This document shows, one piece after another, positions 28,223-37,991 of a stretch of 64,000 bases of DNA; position 1 is the stretch's first letter, and the number at the start of each line of letters is the position of its first letter. The notes under the pieces are model-generated. The model did not search any database and was not told where the DNA came from. It worked only from the letters and a program-made list of their open reading frames with translations. Location of the stretch: positions 147,114 to 211,113 of the IMG/VR virus record IMGVR_UViG_3300043446_004613; one strand, given 5' to 3'. The translations under genes and the position numbers were made by a program.

Positions 28223-29245
28223 TCAGCCATTCAATACGTGCCCGCTCATCTCGATCATCTCATCTTCATTCAGGCTGATTCCAACTTTTGATGGCGGTAC
28301 TGACTTCAAATAGCGGCGAAGCGTGCCTTCAAACGAGAAATCCGTTTGTTCCGTCTGCTCCTCTGGTGCCTGTTCTTCGTATTTGTATTCGGCGACTGCG
28401 CGGTTGAACAGCGGATGCCGGAAAAACTGCTCGGATTCGTCGTGGCTGGTCAGCACGACGCGGTAGCGATCCTCGCTGGCTGTGCCTACAGAAGTCATGA
28501 ACTCTGTCAGCGACAGCGTGCGGTATTGCGGGTATCCGGTAAGAGGAACCCACTTCACGGAACAGGTATCAGTGTCTACAATAGCGACGCGCTTATCTTG
28601 ACCGGCTTCACCCCAGTCCTGCTGAAAAGGTGAGCCGATATAGTGGATTTTACTCGTGAGTGACTGGGGCATGTGAATGTGTCCCATCAGCACTAGGTTG
28701 CACGCAGAAAGCAACTTTTGCGGCACGCCTGTCAGCGCTTTGGCATTATTGAAAAAGGAGCCTTCAATCTCAAAGTGCCCGAATAATATAACCGGGCCTG
28801 CACAAGCACCGAGTTTTTTATCGATCCACTCACAGAGCTTCTTATAGTCGCCGGGATAGGATGCAAAAAGCAGGTTCACGTCGTCTACTATTTCGTGCCG
28901 ATAGCGGTCAACTACGGTAAAGCTGTGGTCGAACAAACGGCGATTGTTGACCGAAGCATCGCGTAGGTATTGCTCATGGTTTCCGGTCAGTTTCCAGCGC
29001 GGGCAGTCTGGCAGACCAGCGATGCCCGAGCCAAGTACCTCAACAGTCGTCATCGGTATCGATGACCGATCATCTGTTGTGTCCCCTAGATCGACTATTC
29101 CATCGCAACCTTCCGCCGTGTATATCTCGGCGATGTCCTTAAAGAACTTTTGCGTTCGATAGTGCTGGAGTGTTGTGTTGGGCTTCGTGAAGCAGAGTTC
29201 GTCGCCGTCAGTGGCCTGTAGATCAGCGTAGCATAGCAGTTTCAT
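28223..29245 (-). CDS. Mre11/SbcD-like DNA repair nuclease (T4 gp47-like)
   Basis: ADLQ, LGDTTD, GNHE, FGHFE, MGHIH, YIGSPFQQDWGE. Confidence 0.92.
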   Translation of the reverse strand: MKLLCYADLQATDGDELCFTKPNTTLQHYRTQKFFKDIAEIYTAEGCDGIVDLGDTTDDRSSIPMTTVEVLGSGIAGLPDCPRWKLTGNHEQYLRDASVNNRRLFDHSFTVVDRYRHEIVDDVNLLFASYPGDYKKLCEWIDKKLGACAGPVILFGHFEIEGSFFNNAKALTGVPQKLLSACNLVLMGHIHMPQSLTSKIHYIGSPFQQDWGEAGQDKRVAIVDTDTCSVKWVPLTGYPQYRTLSLTEFMTSVGTASEDRYRVVLTSHDESEQFFRHPLFNRAVAEYKYEEQAPEEQTEQTDFSFEGTLRRYLKSVPPSKVGISLNEDEMIEMSGHVLNG

Positions 29246-29326
29246 GCTTTTTAAGAACAGCGTCTGCTTGAAGTTCAATCAGGAAAGATGCGTTAAGGGG
29301 TTTGCTGTTATTGGTTCTTATTGAAA

Positions 29327-29548
29327 GTGGAACTTACATTGATGACAAAGCTATATTCACTGGCTGTAAACAGACAGGAAGTCTGTCGGGTCGAAATTGA
29401 AGCCCCGGCATGGCTGCCGGTAACGCCGCGTGTACCGAAAGAATGGCTGCGCGGAGTCGTCACCAAGGCGCTTCACCGCTATTTTTCTGAGTCGTCCCTG
29501 TATTTAGATTGTCATGACCGAAGCACGCGCAGCACAATTTTTAATTGA
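29327..29548 (+). CDS. Small hypothetical protein
   Basis: GTG 5 nt after GTTCTTAT. Confidence 0.4.
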   Translation: MELTLMTKLYSLAVNRQEVCRVEIEAPAWLPVTPRVPKEWLRGVVTKALHRYFSESSLYLDCHDRSTRSTIFN

Positions 29549-29891
29549 AGACCTGCCCTTTAAGCTCAAGAAAGCAGGGGCAGACGAGAAAGTCTCAGCC
29601 GTAGCCAACCGGATGGCTTTGCAGGTCTTTAGTGTCCCTTCGTTGCAGGCTTTTCTTTCTGACTGGAGCGTCACCGATAAAGGCTGTTCTGACGGTGCCG
29701 TGAAAGTTCAGCTGGACTTTTTGCGTTTGCCGCAGGAAATCATCCCCGAGCTTGAGAAATTACTGTGCGTTGACCAGTTCAAGAACCACCGGCTGCTAAA
29801 ATACATCAAGAACGGTCAAGCGCGTACAGGGCTGGAGATTGAGATCAGCCCGAAAGACCTGCCGGGTACGCCTTACAACTATGCCTTCTGA
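29514..29891 (+). CDS. Hypothetical protein
   Basis: Coupled ORF; GTATTTAG 6 nt upstream. Confidence 0.6.
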   Translation: MTEARAAQFLIEDLPFKLKKAGADEKVSAVANRMALQVFSVPSLQAFLSDWSVTDKGCSDGAVKVQLDFLRLPQEIIPELEKLLCVDQFKNHRLLKYIKNGQARTGLEIEISPKDLPGTPYNYAF

Positions 29892-30189
29892 TGAAGCCAA
29901 GAAAGTGGCAGGCACCTACGTTCCCGATGAAGTGAACAAGCTGTCAGAAACGATGGCTTGGCTTACCAAGGAATGTCGTTCTGGCTCTCTTTCTGAGCAC
30001 GTAGCTCAATTCTGCAACGAGCAGCGTGAGTTTATAGACAAATCGCTGGTGATCGTTGAAAACGTCACCAGCGACTGTATACACTGTAGAATTCCCTGCC
30101 GCTGCTACGACCACGAAGATGCAGGCACTTTTCCGGTCGATGTCCGCTTCACGCTTAATCCGAAGACGGGGGCGTGTGCTCGGATTTAA
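29881..30189 (+). CDS. Hypothetical protein
   Basis: Probable start MPSDEA at 29881; CxxC/CxC motif. Confidence 0.5.
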   Translation: MPSDEAKKVAGTYVPDEVNKLSETMAWLTKECRSGSLSEHVAQFCNEQREFIDKSLVIVENVTSDCIHCRIPCRCYDHEDAGTFPVDVRFTLNPKTGACARI

Positions 30190-30446
30190 CCGATCTTTTC
30201 GTGGTCAACCAGACGATCTGCCGGATTTTTGTATACAAGGCGGCCATCAATGAAGTCATTGACCACCTTACGGGCCTGTTGATTCAGTGAATTCACGCCG
30301 GTAGCTTCGCCGCGCTCGAAGATTTCGGAAAGCTTGCCGTGCTTGTCGCCGCTGAGGCGGAAGCTGACAACGTGTGGATGTGTGATCGCCTCGCGTTGAA
30401 CGGCGGCGCTTTTCTTTGTTTTTGGTGCTTTAGTGTTTTTAGCCAT
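30186..30446 (-). CDS. Ribbon-helix-helix-like DNA-binding protein
   Basis: HVVSFRLSGDKHGKL...SLNQQARKVV Arc/MetJ-like pattern; start 4 nt after GTTCTTAG. Confidence 0.55.
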   Translation of the reverse strand: MAKNTKAPKTKKSAAVQREAITHPHVVSFRLSGDKHGKLSEIFERGEATGVNSLNQQARKVVNDFIDGRLVYKNPADRLVDHEKIG

Positions 30447-30498
30447 ACCTCTAAGAACAGCATTTTGAGAATTTTCTGTTCTCGTAGTTAAAGATATT

Positions 30499-32472
30499 AT
30501 GGCTGATACCAAAACCAGCAGTTTGTTGCGCTACATGGGACTTACGGGTTCGAGTGGGGCGCACACCGGTTCTCTAGTGCCTCGTGCCCAAACGCCCGAC
30601 GCCGATCAACGGCTATGGCAGGAATTTCAAGATGCCGGTCGTGTAAGCGATCCTGAAATCTGGACGAAGTTCAATTCCATGATGAAGCGTCCGACGACGT
30701 TCGACGCGATGCTTCAGATGTGGGATGAGATGAGTCAGTGGGACTTGCTGGCGGCAGCGCTCGTCGAAATTGTCGATGAAGCAACGCAGGCCGATGCCAA
30801 CAGCCCCGGCACGTTATGGTACCAGTGCAACGATACGGCTTTTGAGGAAGAACTGAACGACATGCTTGTTCGCCTCGATGTCGAGTCCTTGATTCAATCT
30901 CAGGTCTGGTATATCGCCGCGATGGGTAATCACTTCGAGAAATTGGAGTACGCACCGCACGACGGCATCATCGGGATGTCTTTTGTTCACCCAATGGAGA
31001 TGCGTCGCTACTGGCTGGAGCGCAACCGCAAATGTATCGGATTCCGCTGGCTAAACCATAAACCGAACAAAGAAGACGTTTTTGTACAGCCCGACAACTC
31101 GACGCCGGTTGAACGTGTTTCAATGGCCAGCGGCCAGAACGTCGAAGATTTGTGGTATCCGTGGGATTTTATGCACTTTCGCCGCATGTTCCGCATGCGC
31201 ATGAGTGAGCACGGTGAACCAATTTTTTCTGAAGCTGACGGCATCTATAAGAAGCTGCGCTTAGCTGTTGACCAGATGGTCGTCTGCCGTGCGCAAGTTC
31301 AACCTGATCGTTACGCGGTCAGCATCGACACACAAGAGCAACCGCCGATTGAGCAAATGAAAACGGTGCAGCGCTGGCGTCAGACGCTACGCAGCAAGCT
31401 GGCGTTCGGGCAGGTTGGATCGCCGAACGAGATGAATAGTGCCAGTGACTTTACGGCTTATTACAACGCGCTGGCTTTGGACACCATGCTGTACATTGCA
31501 CAGCCCAAAGGTTTCAACAACGTCATCACCAAGCTGCCCGGTACAGCAGACGTGCCTGATGTATACGACATCGAGCTTTTAACCGACCTTTTCTACAGCA
31601 TCATCGGCATGCCAAAGTCATGGTTCAGTAACCAAGGTGGTGGCGGCGGTGGCGGCGGTGAAACACCGTCCGGTCGTGCGTTGCTCGCTCAAGACATCCG
31701 TTTCCTGCGCAAGATCAAGTCCATCCGCAAGCCGATTACCAACTGTTACCAGTGGCTGGCTTACTTCCACGCCGTACTGAAAGGCAAGGATGTCAGCAAG
31801 CTCGACATCAAGGCCATGATGCCTCAGATCGGCAGTCTGGAAGAGCAGATGAAGATGGAAATGCTCGGTATCCAAGCCGACATCTTGCAGAAGCTAGGTG
31901 ACGTCATGGAGCAGTACAAGTTGCCCAAGGAAGCGTGGATTGACGTCGTTTTCAAGCGCTACATGCACCTTCCAGACGAAGTTGTTTCTGTTTTCATGAC
32001 GGCGCTGCCCTCTGAAATCGAGCAGCAGGAAGAGAGTCTTGGTCGCAAGGGTGCGCCCAAGATGGATAAACTGATCGAAGAGATCAACGCCAAGATCGGC
32101 AATAGCCGTGAAGGTCAGGCAGCCATGAACATGCTGCGGGAGGTCTACTACAAAGAGAAGTTGCCGCAGGAACCGAAGACCAAGTGGACAAAGGAACGTG
32201 TCCTTGAGCGTGCGCCGATGAAAGAGAACGACGTTGTTGTATCAAGCTTTGGTCGCCATCCGTTTGAGCTTAAACGCCGCACAAATTCTGACGGAAAACT
32301 CTCCGAGAGCAAAGTCGGCGAAAATGGTGCTGCCGGGGTCATCCAAGCCAAAGTCGATGCTAAGTCTGCGGGCTGGGACGATGACGGCGCTACGAAGCCT
32401 GTCAACGAGTCACAATCAGGTTCCGGCGAGGGCATGGGCGGCCCGTCCGTGTACCGTAAATGGATCGGCTAA
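30499..32472 (+). CDS. Portal protein (T4 gp20-like)
   Basis: AALVEIVDEAT, WYIAAMGNHF, PWDFMHFR, HGEPIF, DQMVVCRAQVQPDR, LPGTADV.DVYDI, ALLAQDIRFLRKI. Confidence 0.9.
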   Translation: MADTKTSSLLRYMGLTGSSGAHTGSLVPRAQTPDADQRLWQEFQDAGRVSDPEIWTKFNSMMKRPTTFDAMLQMWDEMSQWDLLAAALVEIVDEATQADANSPGTLWYQCNDTAFEEELNDMLVRLDVESLIQSQVWYIAAMGNHFEKLEYAPHDGIIGMSFVHPMEMRRYWLERNRKCIGFRWLNHKPNKEDVFVQPDNSTPVERVSMASGQNVEDLWYPWDFMHFRRMFRMRMSEHGEPIFSEADGIYKKLRLAVDQMVVCRAQVQPDRYAVSIDTQEQPPIEQMKTVQRWRQTLRSKLAFGQVGSPNEMNSASDFTAYYNALALDTMLYIAQPKGFNNVITKLPGTADVPDVYDIELLTDLFYSIIGMPKSWFSNQGGGGGGGGETPSGRALLAQDIRFLRKIKSIRKPITNCYQWLAYFHAVLKGKDVSKLDIKAMMPQIGSLEEQMKMEMLGIQADILQKLGDVMEQYKLPKEAWIDVVFKRYMHLPDEVVSVFMTALPSEIEQQEESLGRKGAPKMDKLIEEINAKIGNSREGQAAMNMLREVYYKEKLPQEPKTKWTKERVLERAPMKENDVVVSSFGRHPFELKRRTNSDGKLSESKVGENGAAGVIQAKVDAKSAGWDDDGATKPVNESQSGSGEGMGGPSVYRKWIG

Positions 32473-33233
32473 TGTCACTGCGCATAACCAACTTAAACGG
32501 GGTAAACCTCATCGAGCAACCACCAGAGACGGTAGCAGTTGCTGCTTATCCGGTAACCGGCGGTGCCGCAAACATCCAGTGTTTGTTGATTGAGGACTCA
32601 GCCCTGCCGGTTGACTACATCACCGGTACGCTTTACTGGGATGATGGCTCATTACCGGTTGTATACAACGGTACCAGCGCAGGCACGATTGTCATTGATG
32701 CGACCCGTAACCTACAGCCCGGACAATACGTGGCGCGGGTGGAGGCGCACAATTATGCGGTGATACCGGAGGACTGCGGACGACCGCACTGGAACACTGT
32801 CAGCGTAAACTTTGGATTCTATGTCCAACCGATTGATAAGCAACCGGTCAAGACGCCGTTGATCTACGGCCCGATTCTGCCAAAGGACACCGGTTATCCG
32901 AACCAAGACCAATGGAACTGGAATCGCGGTGAAGACATTGAGATTCTTGCTTCTTCTGTAAAGATGCTGCTCACCACGCGCAAAGGCGAGCGGATCATGC
33001 AGCCGGGTTACGGTACCAATCTGCACGCCATCTTGTTCGAGCTTCAGACCACCGGTATTGAAACATTGGTTCAGCAAGAGATTGTAGACGCGCTGGTGCT
33101 TTGGGAGCCTCGTGTGAGTTTACGTTCTATACTTGTGGAACGAACGGCAGAACGTGACGTAACAGTGACTGCCGATTTCGTCAGTAAACTGAACCAACGG
33201 GATTTTACGATCCCAATGACATTCAACACGTGA
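32472..33233 (+). CDS. Baseplate wedge protein (gp25/GPW-like) with N-terminal PKD-like extension
   Basis: SVKMLLTTRKGERIMQPGYGTNL...LWEPRV; TAATG overlap with the portal stop. Confidence 0.85.
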   Translation: MSLRITNLNGVNLIEQPPETVAVAAYPVTGGAANIQCLLIEDSALPVDYITGTLYWDDGSLPVVYNGTSAGTIVIDATRNLQPGQYVARVEAHNYAVIPEDCGRPHWNTVSVNFGFYVQPIDKQPVKTPLIYGPILPKDTGYPNQDQWNWNRGEDIEILASSVKMLLTTRKGERIMQPGYGTNLHAILFELQTTGIETLVQQEIVDALVLWEPRVSLRSILVERTAERDVTVTADFVSKLNQRDFTIPMTFNT

Positions 33234-33589
33234 ACGAAATTGACGCGAAAACGTTTGACCGGCGGACTTTTATCGATCGGTACATGAAAGAAGGTGGATT
33301 GACGTACAGTCAAGCCTGCCGCCTGCACACCGTAACCTGTAACGTATTTGAAGAGGCTATCATCACCGGCAGTAAAGTTACCATCGGGCGTGTTGGAGCC
33401 ATCGTTCCCTGCTGGCGTTCACCGCGAGAAATCCAGATGCACTTTCGGCGGACGGGCCAGAAGGTCGAAAAAGGTGTTCACCGCACTTTTTTCATGGACG
33501 GACGCTACGAGTTCAAGTTCCGCCTCTACCGGCGATTCTTGGAATCTCGGAACCTAAAGTGGATGGTAGATATGCCGGTCAGTAGTTAA
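33230..33589 (+). CDS. HU/IHF-like DNA-binding protein
   Basis: GSKVTIGRVGAI...RSPRE...FKFRL beta-arm pattern. Confidence 0.65.
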   Translation: MNEIDAKTFDRRTFIDRYMKEGGLTYSQACRLHTVTCNVFEEAIITGSKVTIGRVGAIVPCWRSPREIQMHFRRTGQKVEKGVHRTFFMDGRYEFKFRLYRRFLESRNLKWMVDMPVSS

Positions 33590-33595
33590 AAGCGT

Positions 33596-34930
33596 ATGGC
33601 AATAAAACCACTCGATTTACCGGCAGCAGCTGGTGTTGATTATAGCGGCGGCGATGTGCGGCACTTCTCGCAAGGTGACGCTGTTAACGTGCCCGGCTTG
33701 AGCGCCCCGACACGCAATCTAGCTGAGCGCGACAATCTTATCGGGGAAAAAGTCAACGAGATCATCAGCACGGTGAACAACCGCGAACAGTTTGTTCCCC
33801 TGCCGGTAATCCGCACCACCGTACCTCCCGGCGAAGAGATCATCGTCACAAATTACCGTATTCCGGCAGGCTATGAATCGCGGGTGCTTAACGCAGTCAT
33901 CAGCGCCACGCCAACCAGCAATCTGGCGCAGCTGAACGTCTATTACTCGGATACGTATGGCGGTTCGACGGGTACAGCTGTGGTTACAACCACACCTAGC
34001 AGCGAATTCAACGGTGACGTCAATTTTTATCAGACCGGCGAATTCATCGTTTCACTGAAAAACACTGGAGCCGCCACGCTCGAACTGGCCGCCAGCTTGA
34101 TGCTGACGATGCGTCCGTTGGGTGCTGAAGGTACGCTTCTTGTCGGCACGGTCATCCAAGGCGAACAAGGGCCTCCCGGCCCGAAAGGTGCGCCCGGCCC
34201 GCAGGGGCCTCCCGGTACCGGCGGTGTTGGTTCTCCCGGCATGATCTGGCGCGGCGCTTGGTTGAACGCTACAGGCTACCTGACAAACGACGTGGTCAGC
34301 TATGACTACAGCGGAACGTACGGGTCTTGGATTTGCCGTAATGCTCATGTGTCATCGCTGGGTGTTAACGATCCGGCTGTTGATCCGGCCACTTGGAATT
34401 TTGTTAGCTACGGTATCTATGCCCAAGGCCCCGCAGGCCCTACAGGCCCTACCGGTGGTGAGCCTGTGTTCAGCCAGCAAGACATCAGCGGTACGATCTT
34501 TACGTCGAATACCTACGTGTCGCGTCCGTACAGTGCCGATTACACGGCAGGTGTCGTATCAGCTGCGAGCACTAAATATCCGATTGCTGTGCGTGAATCG
34601 GTCATCACTAACGCTTCAGGTACGATCGGCTTTGCTTTTCTGGAAGCTTCCTACAAGACATGCTTCAGCGGAAGTCTGTCTATCATACTACCGAACAAGG
34701 CGTTCAACGGCGCGGCTGCGAACTACAACACGTCCAGCATCAGCCTTCAAGTAGCAGCGGCAGGTACATTCGTGTCCGCAGGTACAGCCACGAACTCTTC
34801 AGTTTCCGGCGGGGTTTATTCCAAGCTGTTTGAGCAGACAACGTACAGTTACGGTTGGGGTATCAAGGTGCTGTCACCGGACGCGCTTCCAATGTCATTC
34901 CTGATTTCTGGCGTTCAGTCCGTTCCTTGA
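33596..34930 (+). CDS. Tail fibre with collagen-like G-X-Y repeats
   Basis: GEQGPPGPKGAPGPQGPPG, GPAGPTGPTG; W.GAW...Y..NDVV.Y motif. Confidence 0.8.
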   Translation: MAIKPLDLPAAAGVDYSGGDVRHFSQGDAVNVPGLSAPTRNLAERDNLIGEKVNEIISTVNNREQFVPLPVIRTTVPPGEEIIVTNYRIPAGYESRVLNAVISATPTSNLAQLNVYYSDTYGGSTGTAVVTTTPSSEFNGDVNFYQTGEFIVSLKNTGAATLELAASLMLTMRPLGAEGTLLVGTVIQGEQGPPGPKGAPGPQGPPGTGGVGSPGMIWRGAWLNATGYLTNDVVSYDYSGTYGSWICRNAHVSSLGVNDPAVDPATWNFVSYGIYAQGPAGPTGPTGGEPVFSQQDISGTIFTSNTYVSRPYSADYTAGVVSAASTKYPIAVRESVITNASGTIGFAFLEASYKTCFSGSLSIILPNKAFNGAAANYNTSSISLQVAAAGTFVSAGTATNSSVSGGVYSKLFEQTTYSYGWGIKVLSPDALPMSFLISGVQSVP

Positions 34931-35255
34931 TGAACTGAAGGTAGCTGGGAAAAGTACAGTCAGGAAAAAGGTCATCCACTGAAATTTTAAGCTGTTCCGC
35001 TATGCGGTTCATCGCTTCATCGTCTTTACCTTCACGGTGTAAGCGAACAAGTTCCAGATCAAAAGCTGCCAGCGCCTGCCAATCGTAGCTGCTGCGCTCC
35101 TCAGCCCTCATGACCAATGTTCCTTGGGTGTGGTGATAAGCTGCAACCAATATCGGCCATTCCCGAAGCACATAAGCAAAAACCCGGCGCATATCGTCTT
35201 TTTCGTCCTGCGTCCACGCGTGAACGTTTTTAACATGCGCACAGATTGTGTTCAT
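34863..35255 (-). CDS. Hypothetical protein
   Basis: Coupled to 35252-36391 (ATGA overlap); converges on the fibre gene. Confidence 0.5.
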   Translation of the reverse strand: MNTICAHVKNVHAWTQDEKDDMRRVFAYVLREWPILVAAYHHTQGTLVMRAEERSSYDWQALAAFDLELVRLHREGKDDEAMNRIAEQLKISVDDLFPDCTFPSYLQFIKERTERQKSGMTLEARPVTAP

Positions 35256-36391
35256 ATCGGAGGCCCCGGCGGATAGTAATAGTTGTCAGAGTAGACCGGA
35301 TCATTCGCCAGTGTGATACGCGAAGCCGATTGATTCGTATCAGGGCCGGAAAATATCCAGCTGCCATCCTCGTCGTTACAACGGAAATAGCACCAATTTG
35401 TATACGTTGATCCAGCCGCGTTCGTAAACTTACCCCGCACCAAAGCTCCGGGTTGACCACTGTTATTGCCTGAAGCTGTCCTGATAACAAGTTCGTACGG
35501 GTATTCCGCAGTTCCGACCATCTTCGAGTGTGTATTAACCCAGCTTACTTGAGCCGGTACAGCGGTAAATCCTGTGCTGTATACAAGAGATACCCATTCG
35601 CCTGAGCCTAAAAGCGGATCAGTTGGGCCGGTAGGCACGTAGCTGTTGAGTTGCCATTCAAAAATGTACGGAAGGGTACCGCCAGCAGGCAAATTAACGT
35701 AGAAGTAACCAAACTGGGTATCATCACGCCCCATCGAGCAGTAGTTGCAGTTAGTTCCGATCAAAGTCGTTATCCCCGGAAAAGCCGGACGTACCGGCTG
35801 TAGCGGGCCGCCCAGTCTGCGACTGCATGGAAGCAAAAGCTCAACGCCGTCTACGATGATACGCGCAAGGTAATCCGCAACCCGATGGCCTGCGCTATCG
35901 ACCGTGACCTGTGGGATCACTTGGTACAAGCCGCCGCTGTGTGTTTCCCAGTGTGCTTCCTGCGTGTGCGGCAGCAGCACCTGCGTATTCGTATTGATCA
36001 AGTCTTGCTCGTCTTGTGGTGTGAAGTCGGTGACCCACGCAGTACCTCCGGGCGCGGTGGTAATCGTCGGCGTGTTGAGCGTGCGGCTTATGCCTGTCTC
36101 GGGGTCTTTACCCGGAAGTGACGTGGCTTCAATCGGAACAAAGTAGTTGATGCGGTTGTAGTTCAGCACCATGTAGTAGCGACCAACGCGATCACCGTGG
36201 CTGTCCAGATACATGCTTACGTCGTTACCGGCGGCATCGTAGTAGGGCACCGGCAGGTAGCGCAAGTTGATGCCGTGCGCTTTAGACAGCGAAGCGTTAG
36301 CGTGCTTGAACAAGTTGTTTACAAGCTCAGTCTGTGCCGCTTTTATCTGCTCAAGTCGCGCACGGGTAACGAGATTTTGTTGTGAAGCCAT
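35252..36391 (-). CDS. Virion fibre-like protein with two H-x7/8-H repeat modules and a C-terminal Ig-like segment
   Basis: KHANASLSKAH..DSHGDRVGRYY..FVP and PHTQEAHWETH..DSAGHRVADYL..LLP. Confidence 0.6.
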   Translation of the reverse strand: MASQQNLVTRARLEQIKAAQTELVNNLFKHANASLSKAHGINLRYLPVPYYDAAGNDVSMYLDSHGDRVGRYYMVLNYNRINYFVPIEATSLPGKDPETGISRTLNTPTITTAPGGTAWVTDFTPQDEQDLINTNTQVLLPHTQEAHWETHSGGLYQVIPQVTVDSAGHRVADYLARIIVDGVELLLPCSRRLGGPLQPVRPAFPGITTLIGTNCNYCSMGRDDTQFGYFYVNLPAGGTLPYIFEWQLNSYVPTGPTDPLLGSGEWVSLVYSTGFTAVPAQVSWVNTHSKMVGTAEYPYELVIRTASGNNSGQPGALVRGKFTNAAGSTYTNWCYFRCNDEDGSWIFSGPDTNQSASRITLANDPVYSDNYYYPPGPPI

Positions 36392-36394
36392 AGG

Positions 36395-37525
36395 TTATCC
36401 AAGGGGCGGCAGAATCACGTTAGTTCCGGCGCTGCTTATACTGGCAGGCCCGGATATGTGGGCCAGCCCGTACATCGCGAAATTGAAGAATCCTTTCCAG
36501 AAACTGTTATGTGCCACGTAGCCATTGACCACGTACACGTCGGTAGGTTCAACATCCAGATTGTAGGTTTCAACATGTCCGCGCACGTATGACATGCGAT
36601 CGATCGTTACCGACATCCCATCTTTCCAGAGAAGGTCGCCAACAACCAAGTCCTGAACCTGACGAAAAGCCCAGATGCCAGAGCGACAGGTAAGCAGCGG
36701 ATGTTCGTAAGTAACACGAAGGTCGAGCAACTGAAAGTAACCGGTGAACTGCTGATGCAGGACGCGCTTGACCGTTGATGGTGACGCACGCATCACCAGT
36801 TCCTTAGCCGACCACGTTTTCCACGCGTCCTCGTTATCTGGATTTAGGCCGTTGATCTTGTATGACATGACCTTGTCGCCGACTTTGACATCGCAGATGA
36901 GCTTTTGCGTGCCATCAGCCATTGTAACCGGCGTGTCTGGCAAAAAGCAGCCGTCTTTGTGGTATCTGAAACCTGAACTGATCGGCGATACCGTCAAATG
37001 CGCGGAACTGCTGACCGTTGTTCCGTAGCTGTTCGATACGACTACATCGTAATTTCCACTGTTCGCTGTAGTGCAATACGGTATGAGGTAAGCGGCTGTA
37101 TTTCCGTTAGCTACGTTTGTGCCGTTGAAACGCCACTGATAGCTCATTTCCACCGGGCTGATAGCTTTAACCACAAACTCTGCCGGATCAGTTGTATACA
37201 CAGATAGCGGCTCCGGTTGGCGCACAATGTACGGCGTGCTTCCAACCTCGTAGGCTGTCGAACCGGATATGATTGCAGGCAGTGTAAAGGCAGCATCGCC
37301 GGTACCGTCTACGTTGGTACCTGTCAGCTGCACCCGCAGCAGAAAAGCGCCGTTTATGGTATGACCCGTGTCGTGCTCAGCGAAAGTTGTGCCGTAAAAG
37401 CGCACTTGATTATGAGCGCCCCAGTCCCCAGATGCGTGGGCGGCGGCGGAGTTCTCGTAACCGGTAACGGCTTGATAAACGGCAGCTTCGCTGGCAGACG
37501 TCAGTATGTTTACGTTCTGCCGCAT
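36395..37525 (-). CDS. Virion protein: H-x7-H module, Ig domain and Hint/mini-intein
   Basis: Ig: RQPE...SYQWRFNGTN...SGNYDVVVSNSYG; Hint from C193 to N340. Confidence 0.85.
   Translation of the reverse strand: MRQNVNILTSASEAAVYQAVTGYENSAAAHASGDWGAHNQVRFYGTTFAEHDTGHTINGAFLLRVQLTGTNVDGTGDAAFTLPAIISGSTAYEVGSTPYIVRQPEPLSVYTTDPAEFVVKAISPVEMSYQWRFNGTNVANGNTAAYLIPYCTTANSGNYDVVVSNSYGTTVSSSAHLTVSPISSGFRYHKDGCFLPDTPVTMADGTQKLICDVKVGDKVMSYKINGLNPDNEDAWKTWSAKELVMRASPSTVKRVLHQQFTGYFQLLDLRVTYEHPLLTCRSGIWAFRQVQDLVVGDLLWKDGMSVTIDRMSYVRGHVETYNLDVEPTDVYVVNGYVAHNSFWKGFFNFAMYGLAHISGPASISSAGTNVILPPLG
36506..36949 (-). mobile_element. Mini-intein / Hint domain (148 aa)
   Basis: Block A CFLPDTPV, block B TYEHP, block F VETYNLDV, block G VVNGYVAHN followed by Ser; no endonuclease domain. 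Confidence 0.85.
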
Positions 37526-37532
37526 GTTTTAA

Positions 37533-37991
37533 TTATTCGCGTGGCGGCTCAGGCAAAGCAATCTCTTCTTCGCCAGCACCTTCAGGTGAAGCCAGTTGTT
37601 CGGCTGTTTCTGCCTCGCTGGGTTCTTCGCCGGGTTCAGGCAGACCAGCTTCTGGGCCGCCTTCGACCGGAGCTTCCATGCTCTCAGGCTCTTGTGTCGG
37701 CACCTCTTGCGCGTCTTCTGGCGCACCGGCATCTGGCGGCGCATTAGGCGGGAGCGGGATAGCCATATCGCTTTCCGCATCACCTTCGCCCTCACCTTCA
37801 CCCTTGCCTTCATCCTCCTCTTCGCCGGGGCCGGGCACGCGTTCCATGTACCACTGCCATTCCGCGTTGAGTTCGTCGGCAACAGGATCACTGTGGTTAT
37901 TGGCCAGCGCTGCTGCGATCGCCTCGATTTGACCCCAGCTAAGTTCTAACTTATAATCGTTATAAGTTTTTTTAATCTTTTCGAGTTTCAT
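37533..37991 (-). CDS. Acidic, Glu/Pro-rich low-complexity protein
   Basis: Folded-looking N-terminal ~55 aa, then a disordered EGEG/EP-rich tail. Confidence 0.65.
   Translation of the reverse strand: MKLEKIKKTYNDYKLELSWGQIEAIAAALANNHSDPVADELNAEWQWYMERVPGPGEEEDEGKGEGEGEGDAESDMAIPLPPNAPPDAGAPEDAQEVPTQEPESMEAPVEGGPEAGLPEPGEEPSEAETAEQLASPEGAGEEEIALPEPPRE

Noticed and set aside
31636-31659. Poly-Gly tract in the portal as a phase-variable repeat
   Set aside because: Mixed GGT/GGC codons, in frame; an ordinary flexible loop.
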